DNA from: Nanobdellota archaeon
GTDB lineage: Archaea; Nanobdellota; Nanobdellia; Pacearchaeales; JAHJTO01
NCBI GenBank assembly: GCA_018829845.1
Contig: JAHJTO010000005.1
Location: 1 to 15,656, forward strand
Reading direction: 5' to 3'
Length of the DNA: 15,656 nt
Every line of letters starts with the position of its first letter. The first letter of the stretch is position 1. Under the pieces are notes generated by a model. The model had not been told where the DNA came from and ran no database searches. It saw only the letters and a program-made list of their open reading frames with translations. This document shows, one piece after another, positions 1-6,480 of the stretch. The position numbers and the translations under genes were made by a program.

Positions 1-249
1 CTTTCAACAACTGAAGAAAGCAAGATTAATCTAAAAAAGGATTTTGAAGAAAAAGAAAATGATTATAATGGGGAGATTGCAAATCTCAAAGAAGATTTTG
101 CAAAATTAAATTCTAAACATTCTGCCCTAAACAATGATTATTTCAACCTTATAGAAAAACATGGAAAATTAAAAATAACTTATGATAAGATGAAGGTGGT
201 CATGGGACTAGATAATCCTACAGAAAAAAGGGATTCTGACAGGAAATAA
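1..249 (+). CDS. coiled-coil protein, C-terminal fragment (5' end lies outside the window)
   Basis: Frame 1 is open from the window edge to TAA at 247-249. Translation LSTTEESKINLKKDFEEKENDYNGEIANLKEDFAKLNSKHSALNNDYFNLIEKHGKLKITYDK... is K/E/L/N-rich and heptad-like. The stop lies 2 nt before the next ATG (252), which suggests an operon. Confidence 0.55.
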   Translation, partial: LSTTEESKINLKKDFEEKENDYNGEIANLKEDFAKLNSKHSALNNDYFNLIEKHGKLKITYDKMKVVMGLDNPTEKRDSDRK

Positions 250-251
250 GA

Positions 252-1547
252 ATGGAAAGGATAAACAAAAATAATGTTAAGCAGATCTATAATGGTCTTT
301 TTAATCCGAATACTGAGAGCAAGATAATTGTTTTTTCTGGAAGAGCCGGAGACGGAAAAACAACTCTTTCTAGAGAACTTGCCATAGGGATGGCTCTGGA
401 GCAATCCAAAATTGCAGATGTTCTAAAAAGCGAATATAATTACAAATTCAAAAGTAAGAAAAAAGGAGTTTTGCATATAGATGCAGACCTTAGAAAAGCA
501 ACATTAAGATCACTGGTTTCAAGAGTAATCTCTCCCGAAGCTAAATCAGCAAGCCTATTTGATTATGCCGCGGAAAAAAAGCCATTCAAAGATCTTATAA
601 TTCACACAAATGTTGATAGATATAAAATAATTGGTGGAGAACAAAGCTTCAGATTTGAAAGTTACCTTGACAACCATCCAGAATTTGTGGAGAATATGGT
701 TGGTGATATTTCAAGGCTTGTCAAATCAAAAGAGTATAACCCGATCATAATCGACGTTGCAGGATCTAATAATACTAAGGAGATCATCCCTTTCATAAAT
801 ATGGCTGATTACAAGTTCCTGGTAACCCAGGATGAAATAGTTTCTCTAGGGGTTGGTCGTAAAATAATCCTTCATGAACTGTTATATTCTATAAATAAAA
901 AGATAAAGGACAAGGTAACAAATGGTCTTTCAAATGATGATGTAAAAAAGAAACTTACAGAGATAATTGAGTCAAATAGGGATAATTTGGATGATTTGTA
1001 TAATTCTCTAAACAAAAATATAAGCAAGGGGAAAGTTAAGGGAGAAGTATTAGGTCTTTACAAAAATGCAATAAATAATATGGCCTATGGCCTTATATTC
1101 TCAAAGGTTAGTAGCATGGGAAAATTTTTGCATTGCCAAAATGTATTCAGAGATGCGGTCCATAATCTAACAAGCATAGATGGAACTGAAGAGGGATTAA
1201 AGATACATAATTTGAATGGACATGGCCTAGTTTTTGATGAAGAGATTGTTGAAAAATCAACAAATCTTGGAGCATCCCTTATTCTGGCAAAATATGATCC
1301 AAGATTGCATAATTGCCATAATGAAGAAGCTATGACGAAATTCTTTAAGGAAACAAAGAAATCAGATGCAGTAAACCAATATGATGGCATGGCAAAGTTC
1401 ATCGCATATAATCTTTTAACCAAAACTCACGATGAGTTCAATGATGGTCCCGAAGAATGGAGGGGCATTGAAGGAATAATCGGAAGAGATAAGATTGAGA
1501 ATAATATGCTTGAATCATACGATAATGGAGAAGAAAATGGTAAGTAA
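252..1547 (+). CDS. divergent MinD/ParA/BY-kinase-like (SIMIBI-class) P-loop ATPase with a helical insert and C-terminal extension
   Basis: 431-aa ORF. Beta-strand KIIVFS followed by the P-loop GRAGDGKTT (aa 30-38, nt 339-365). VLHIDADLRK (aa 73-82) resembles the Walker A' of CapB/CpsD-type ATPases. YNPIIIDVAGS (aa 162-172) is Walker B-like. YGLIFSKV and GLVFDEEIVEKSTNLGASLIL match the MinD/ParA C-terminal motifs. An SD-like AGGA lies upstream of the ATG. Confidence 0.8.
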   Translation: MERINKNNVKQIYNGLFNPNTESKIIVFSGRAGDGKTTLSRELAIGMALEQSKIADVLKSEYNYKFKSKKKGVLHIDADLRKATLRSLVSRVISPEAKSASLFDYAAEKKPFKDLIIHTNVDRYKIIGGEQSFRFESYLDNHPEFVENMVGDISRLVKSKEYNPIIIDVAGSNNTKEIIPFINMADYKFLVTQDEIVSLGVGRKIILHELLYSINKKIKDKVTNGLSNDDVKKKLTEIIESNRDNLDDLYNSLNKNISKGKVKGEVLGLYKNAINNMAYGLIFSKVSSMGKFLHCQNVFRDAVHNLTSIDGTEEGLKIHNLNGHGLVFDEEIVEKSTNLGASLILAKYDPRLHNCHNEEAMTKFFKETKKSDAVNQYDGMAKFIAYNLLTKTHDEFNDGPEEWRGIEGIIGRDKIENNMLESYDNGEENGK

Positions 1548-2364
1548 TAATCAAGAAAAACATGAAGAGTCCTGTGGAGATGGACTCACAAATGGCGGTT
1601 TAGAGAGAATAAACTCCTATTGTCAAAACGATGCAGAGAATGCCAGAGATCTGGCAGCCGATCTGAAAAAGAATGATGGTGCTCTGCAGAAGGTATTTGA
1701 TGACAAGAAAAGAAAGAAAAGAATATGGATAACGGGATCGTCAGGATGCGCAGCAGCTGCAATGATATTTGCAGGATCATGCATGCACTATTCTAATAAA
1801 TCAAGTATTTACTCTCAAAACTTAGAAACAGCGAATACTACAATTTCAAGTTCCACAATAAAGATGCGACTTGTAGAAAAGGAAAAAGACGCCCTTGCAG
1901 AGAAAGCAAGTTCCCTTGAACAAGAAGTTATAGAAGCCAACAGACAGGTTGAGAGTACTAAAAGAGAATTTTTAGAAAAACAAAAGACATCCTTGAGTGC
2001 AGAAGAGCTTGTAGGATATTCCAGCAATGTAGAATATAAGGTAGAATTCAAGAAAGGGGCCCATCCTTACTTCAAAGTTTCAAGCGAGATAAGGGACAAG
2101 AAAGTTAGCAATCCTGAGAATATGTTGCATTATGTTTTCAAAGTGCTTGCAAGGAAGAAGTTGAAGGAGGCCCTGGGAGCAAATTTCAGCGAAGAAAAAT
2201 ACAATTCAAATACACTGGACATAATAATCGGAGACCTGGAAAGACCCTCTGCAAAAATTAAATATGTAAATAAGGGAACAGATGGATCATATGAAGAAAA
2301 AGAAGATGTTTTCACCCCTGAACAAGAGAAGATAATCATTGATTATTTGAACACAGTCAAATAA
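1537..2364 (+). CDS. single-pass membrane protein with an extracytoplasmic coiled coil
   Basis: The ORF is open from 1495. ATG 1537 is preferred because GGAG sits 6 nt upstream and it overlaps the end of the upstream gene (stop 1545-1547). ATG 1525 is an alternative. Contains a KKRKKR positive patch, then the TM segment IWITGSSGCAAAAMIFAGSCMHY, then the heptad-like region KMRLVEKEKDALAEKASSLEQEVIEANRQVESTKREFLEKQK. Confidence 0.7.
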   Translation: MVSNNQEKHEESCGDGLTNGGLERINSYCQNDAENARDLAADLKKNDGALQKVFDDKKRKKRIWITGSSGCAAAAMIFAGSCMHYSNKSSIYSQNLETANTTISSSTIKMRLVEKEKDALAEKASSLEQEVIEANRQVESTKREFLEKQKTSLSAEELVGYSSNVEYKVEFKKGAHPYFKVSSEIRDKKVSNPENMLHYVFKVLARKKLKEALGANFSEEKYNSNTLDIIIGDLERPSAKIKYVNKGTDGSYEEKEDVFTPEQEKIIIDYLNTVK

Positions 2365-2376
2365 ATGATACTACTA

Positions 2377-2392
2377 GCCCGTTAATACGGGC
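2377..2392 (+). other. GC stem-loop (gcccgt-taat-acgggc) between the operon stop and the next promoter
   Basis: Perfect 6-bp stem with a 4-nt loop, 13 nt after the stop at 2362-2364. Its 3' end abuts the BRE/TATA box. It is a GC-rich island in AT-rich sequence. Confidence 0.4.
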
Positions 2393-2406
2393 GAAAGGTT
2401 TAAATA
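2392..2406 (+). promoter_or_regulatory. archaeal BRE/TATA promoter (cGAAAGGTTTAAATA)
   Basis: The purine-rich BRE-like cGAAA plus the TATA-like TTTAAATA ends 32 nt upstream of ATG 2439. The same 15-mer occurs again at 4800-4814. Confidence 0.6.
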
Positions 2407-2438
2407 CAAGTTAACATTCAAAAAACAAACGAGAAAAA

Positions 2439-3797
2439 ATGAATAAAAAATTGATAAACATTTTGGCAGGAGCATTTTTAGGTGCAAACTTAAATCTAGC
2501 AAATGCTGCTCCAACCCAGGGCGATCAATATTCTACAAACAAAAGTTCTGACACTGCAACTGTTAACATTATAAAAAAGAAGACTGCCGCAAAATCTACA
2601 AAGGTGGAGAAAAAGTCAGAATTATCAATCACTAGCTATAGCCCTTCTTCAAATATTCTTTCAGGAAGTTTTTTCAATGTAGATCTTACATCAAATTCTC
2701 AAGATATCAAAGAAAGAATCTTCCCCAGAGTTAATGAACAGATTACGAACCATGGACTAAGTTTAGATGAATCTAAATTTAAGAGATTCATAAATGATGA
2801 ATCTCTGAAAAATGGCAAATACTACCTAACTCATTTTGATTACAAAATTGATCTGAACAATGGAGAATTTTTCATAGACAATTTCTGTAAGGAAACCAAG
2901 AAAAGTTTTGGCACCCTAACTGGAATAGGTATCGATCTCGAATTGCTTGACAACAAGGATAATTATTGTAATAAATTTGCATTAAGCAAACCCGGAGAAG
3001 CTGCTAAAAATAATTTTGTATCTTTAGAAAAACCTTTAATTTTGTCAGCATCAACATCAACCACTCTTCCTAGCAATTACGGACAGTTTACAAAAGAATC
3101 TTTCCCAAGCGTTAATATTTTGAAATCGGGCCCTACAGTGGTTGAAGAATTCAAAGCCCCTGAAGTTTCAGAGAAAATTGTTCCAAAGAAAAAGGAAACT
3201 GTAACTATTTATGGATGGGAAGCAGGAATTGGGCTTATGGGCATAAGAGATAAAGTAAGAGGAAGATTACATTATGCTCCTTCATTGAACATCAGTGTTC
3301 CAATGAAAGACAGAAAAGGAAAATGGTCTTTGGAAGGCCGTGTTGCAATGACTGGAGACAATTACACATCTAACAAATTCTACAATTCTGGAACAACTTC
3401 AAGAGGAATTTCATACACTAATCAAACAGAAACAGACAATGAATTCAAAGCATATGCTGCTCAAATCGGTGCAAAAATGAAACTTAACAGCTATTTGAGT
3501 GCACATGGTGGAATGGGTAGCACATGGACAAATAACACTGGAGAGGTTCATGGAAGAGAAAGCCAAACTTATGGCGGTGTAACAATAACCAACCCTATTG
3601 ACCGAGATTTATATGATAATTCTAAACAAAATGGATATATTGAAGCAGGACTCAATCTAAATATTTATAATGGCACCAACATTGAAGCCGGAATAATGGT
3701 TAGTAGAAAAGGAGTTGCCAATTATACTTTTAGAATAAGCGTCCCAATAGGCGAATCTGAAGAAATTCCAAAAAGATATTCAAAGGATAAAAAATGA
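2439..3797 (+). CDS. secreted protein with a C-terminal OMP-like beta-strand-rich domain
   Basis: 452-aa ORF. Sec-type signal MNKKLINILAGAFLGANLNLANA/AP. The C-terminal ~185 aa (nt ~3195-3751) show alternating-hydrophobic strands separated by G/N/S/T/D-rich turns: TIYGWEAGIGLMG, RLHYAPSLNISV, WSLEGRVAMTG, FKAYAAQIGAKMKL, YIEAGLNLNIY, NIEAGIMVSR, NYTFRISVPI. Confidence 0.8.
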   Translation: MNKKLINILAGAFLGANLNLANAAPTQGDQYSTNKSSDTATVNIIKKKTAAKSTKVEKKSELSITSYSPSSNILSGSFFNVDLTSNSQDIKERIFPRVNEQITNHGLSLDESKFKRFINDESLKNGKYYLTHFDYKIDLNNGEFFIDNFCKETKKSFGTLTGIGIDLELLDNKDNYCNKFALSKPGEAAKNNFVSLEKPLILSASTSTTLPSNYGQFTKESFPSVNILKSGPTVVEEFKAPEVSEKIVPKKKETVTIYGWEAGIGLMGIRDKVRGRLHYAPSLNISVPMKDRKGKWSLEGRVAMTGDNYTSNKFYNSGTTSRGISYTNQTETDNEFKAYAAQIGAKMKLNSYLSAHGGMGSTWTNNTGEVHGRESQTYGGVTITNPIDRDLYDNSKQNGYIEAGLNLNIYNGTNIEAGIMVSRKGVANYTFRISVPIGESEEIPKRYSKDKK

Positions 3798-4771
3798 TAA
3801 GTAAATTCTTCAAAATGCCCACCCTTGCAATCTTGGGTTTGATTCTTATAAGTTCATTTGCCCTGGCTACAATTATAGGCTTTCCTTCATGGCAAAATGG
3901 TCTTTCATCTATAACTATAGACAAAGGAGAATCTGTATATTTTGATATGACTTTAACTTCTGCAAATCCTTCTATATCTTATACTGTAACACTTCATAAT
4001 GCTGCTACACAGGCATTGATAAGCACTGTTGAAACCGGAGCAATAAGCAATGATGCAGCAGATATACAAGTAATAATTACTCCTTCAGATTACAATGATG
4101 TTGGGGGAATATATACTGTAAGAATAATTGCCTCAGATAGTATAGGACATAGTGTAATGGACACAAGCCTCAGTCTAACTGTAACAAATCTCGCCCCAAT
4201 AATCTCCAATATTCCCGACTTCACAATTGAAGAAGGAACAAGCCATATTATTAATCTAAACAATTATGTCACTGATGCAGATGATGCCATCCCTAGCCTT
4301 ATTTGGACAGTAACTGGAAATTCCAATATATTAGTAAGCATAGATTCAAGCAACATTGCAACAATCACTTCTTCACTTGGATGGACAGGCTCAGAAACCC
4401 TAACTTTCACAGTAACAGATCTTTCAAGTGATTCTGACTCAGACACAGTTTCAGCAACAGTTGTTCCTATCGGATCCTTGGATGCCGATGAAACAGAAAC
4501 CACAATAAATGTTAAAGATTTGAGCGTAGAATCATTCGGAGATGGAATGTTGATGATAAGAAATAATGGTAATGAAATGGAAGATGTAAAAGTAGAAGTA
4601 AATATTGAAGCCCCAAATGCTCCAACAAACATATTCAGATTTGACATAACTTCAAACACTGTAAAATACTTTGATTTGAATACTGAAGGATTGAGTGGAG
4701 ATTATCTTGCAAGAGTCAAGATGAGCTCAGAAGATTCAAGCGCCTCAGGATATATGATACTGTCAGTCTAA
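3794..4771 (+). CDS. secreted or membrane-anchored protein with Ig/cadherin-like (Big-type) repeats
   Basis: 325-aa ORF. Its ATG overlaps the upstream stop (ATGA at 3794-3797). N-terminal hydrophobic segment PTLAILGLILISSFALATIIGF. The segment LAPIISNIPDFTIEEGTSHIINLNNYVTDADDAIPSLIWTVTGNSNILVSIDSSNIATITSSLGWTGSETLTFTVTD is typical of Ig-like surface-protein repeats. Confidence 0.8.
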   Translation: MISKFFKMPTLAILGLILISSFALATIIGFPSWQNGLSSITIDKGESVYFDMTLTSANPSISYTVTLHNAATQALISTVETGAISNDAADIQVIITPSDYNDVGGIYTVRIIASDSIGHSVMDTSLSLTVTNLAPIISNIPDFTIEEGTSHIINLNNYVTDADDAIPSLIWTVTGNSNILVSIDSSNIATITSSLGWTGSETLTFTVTDLSSDSDSDTVSATVVPIGSLDADETETTINVKDLSVESFGDGMLMIRNNGNEMEDVKVEVNIEAPNAPTNIFRFDITSNTVKYFDLNTEGLSGDYLARVKMSSEDSSASGYMILSV

Positions 4772-4799
4772 TAAAAATATATAAAAAACATAATTTCAC

Positions 4800-4814
4800 C
4801 GAAAGGTTTAAATA
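4800..4814 (+). promoter_or_regulatory. archaeal BRE/TATA promoter (cGAAAGGTTTAAATA), second identical copy
   Basis: Identical 15-mer to 2392-2406. The TATA ends 19 nt before ATG 4834, which implies a leaderless or near-leaderless mRNA. Confidence 0.65.
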
Positions 4815-4833
4815 ACAAATTAACTACTTTAAA

Positions 4834-6072
4834 ATGACAAAAACAATGAAAACCCTTAATGTTCATCCAAAAATGAAAAAGCTATTAACCGCAATGTTTG
4901 TATTGCTTATTTTAGCAGTACCCACAGCGTTAGCAGAAATGTCCGTAACAGTGGATGACGTATCAGTATGGGAAACATCCCTCAGTGTAGAAGCTGGAGA
5001 TACCCTGCCTGTGCAAGTCATGTACGTGTTGGACGAAAATGCTAGCGATGTAGTTGTGGAAGTAGAGCTTTCCTACGGCCATGGAAAGAAAACTGAGGTG
5101 TCTACAAACCCTGTAGACGCTTTGAGTGGTGTTGTGTACAAGAAGAACTTGAAACTTAAGCTTGCTGATGATGTGGAAACATCTGCATCAGGCGAAGAGT
5201 ACAGCCTTTTAGTCCAAATTAAGGACGGAAAAGGACATGTTCTTGAAAGTGCAGAATACGATCTGACAGTTCAGAGAAAGAATGACCTTCTGGAAATCCA
5301 GAGAGTCATAGTGCCTTCTGTTTTGGAAGCTGGTAAAACAGCAAAGATGACCGTTGTCATAAAAAACATCGGATCTGACAAACAGGAAGACGTTTATCTG
5401 AAAATCAGTTCAACCGAACTTGGCCTCTATGAGGAAGAATATGCTGGCGATATAAAAGCCATGGATGAGGATAGCAACGAAGATGTCACTACAATTGATG
5501 TACCTTTGAGAATATCAAAGGATGCATTGAAAGGAACCTACACCTTAACGGTAGAGGTCCATAATGACAACCTCGATGTAAAGACAACCAAGACCGTTAC
5601 AGTTAACGGTATACAGAAGGCTGCCGATTCAACCGATGTAGTCGCTGTTGAAAAGTCTCTTGACTTGAAACAGGGATCCACAGGAGTTTATCAGCTGCAC
5701 CTTTTGAACCTTGGAAATGCTGCGCAGACCTATTCAGTCTCCATTAGGGGATTGGACGGATGGGCATCATATGACGTCAATCCTCTGAGCGTAAAGCTCA
5801 ATCCTGACTCAAGTCAGCTTGTTGACCTCGCCTTGACAGTTTCTGACAAGGCAATGGCAGGAGAGCATACATTCACAGTAGCAGTAGAGAGCGATGGAAA
5901 GACCGTCAAAGAATTGACTTTGACAACAAATATCGAGAAAAGCACATGGAAGGTCGACACAATGTTGATCTCCGTTGTTGTACTCGCGATAGTGCTTGTT
6001 GCCTTAGTTGCAGTTCTTGTTAAATCAAGAAAATCTGAAGACGAGACTGAAGTCGAAGAAAGCTACTACTAG
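4834..6072 (+). CDS. S-layer-like surface glycoprotein candidate (CARDB/NEW3-type beta-sandwich repeats, C-terminal TM anchor)
   Basis: 412-aa ORF. Signal peptide MKKLLTAMFVLLILAVPTALA/EM (alternative starts at 4846 and 4873). Motifs VVIKNIGSDKQEDVYLKISS and YSVSIRGLDGWASYDVNPLSVKLNPDSSQLVDLALTV are typical of archaeal CARDB/NEW3-like surface domains. C-terminal TM MLISVVVLAIVLVALVAVLV followed by KSRKSEDETEVEESYY. GC is higher than in flanking genes, and the gene has a strong promoter and a following T-tract. Confidence 0.85.
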   Translation: MTKTMKTLNVHPKMKKLLTAMFVLLILAVPTALAEMSVTVDDVSVWETSLSVEAGDTLPVQVMYVLDENASDVVVEVELSYGHGKKTEVSTNPVDALSGVVYKKNLKLKLADDVETSASGEEYSLLVQIKDGKGHVLESAEYDLTVQRKNDLLEIQRVIVPSVLEAGKTAKMTVVIKNIGSDKQEDVYLKISSTELGLYEEEYAGDIKAMDEDSNEDVTTIDVPLRISKDALKGTYTLTVEVHNDNLDVKTTKTVTVNGIQKAADSTDVVAVEKSLDLKQGSTGVYQLHLLNLGNAAQTYSVSIRGLDGWASYDVNPLSVKLNPDSSQLVDLALTVSDKAMAGEHTFTVAVESDGKTVKELTLTTNIEKSTWKVDTMLISVVVLAIVLVALVAVLVKSRKSEDETEVEESYY

Positions 6073-6104
6073 AATCGTGCAAACATGGAGACGCCAAGGC
6101 AGAG

Positions 6105-6127
6105 TTTTATTTAATTTTTATTTTTTT
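6105..6127 (+). terminator. oligo-T archaeal terminator after the S-layer-like gene
   Basis: ttttatttaatttttattttttt begins 33 nt after the stop at 6070-6072 and includes a T7 run at 6121-6127. Confidence 0.5.
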
Positions 6128-6133
6128 AAAATC

Positions 6134-6454
6134 CTGAAATCTTATGATTTCAGACATGCTCAGGAATTGTTAAACATGCTCAAAAGCTTTGCTTTTGGAC
6201 ACGCAAAAAATCTCAAAGGATTTTTTACCTATTCCTGGACATTCTTTTTTTCTTTTTATTTGATTGCATTGACTCTCTTTTCTAAATATCCGATGCCATA
6301 GTTATTATTCTCGACGCTTAGAAATCTTTGATTTCTGGCGCAGGAAAATTTTAAGAATTTTCGGCGTCCGGGAATTGTCTTCAATTCCCGTGCGTTCTCA
6401 AAAGATAGATGGAAAAATCTCTTTTCAAGAACGATAAAGCTTTTAAGCGTTCTT
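6134..6454. other. hairpin-dense intergenic region (at least 8 stem-loops); possible sRNA(s) or cis-regulatory array
   Basis: Perfect stems: 6134-6141/6146-6153 (8 bp), 6181-6187/6191-6197 (7 bp), 6205-6212/6219-6226 (8 bp), 6320-6326/6330-6336 (7 bp), 6344-6350/6356-6362 (7 bp) and 6369-6377/6382-6390 (9 bp). Two mutually exclusive stems, 6393-6405/6420-6433 and 6427-6433/6448-6454, share AGAACG. Direct repeat ACATGCTCA at 6154 and 6174. T7+T5 tract at 6245-6257. Confidence 0.45.
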
Positions 6455-6480
6455 GACCCACTCATGAACATATAATTACG

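Noticed and set aside
252-1547. Annotating the ATPase as a functional BY tyrosine kinase or as MinD proper
   Set aside because: The Walker A' similarity is suggestive, but there is no C-terminal Tyr cluster, no MinD amphipathic tail and no MinE or division genes nearby. Only the superfamily-level call is supported without a search.
6134-6454. Possible CRISPR array or other regular repeat array in the hairpin-dense intergenic region
   Set aside because: The palindromes differ in sequence and length, are not separated by uniform spacers, and share no common repeat of 24 nt or more. No cas gene is nearby.
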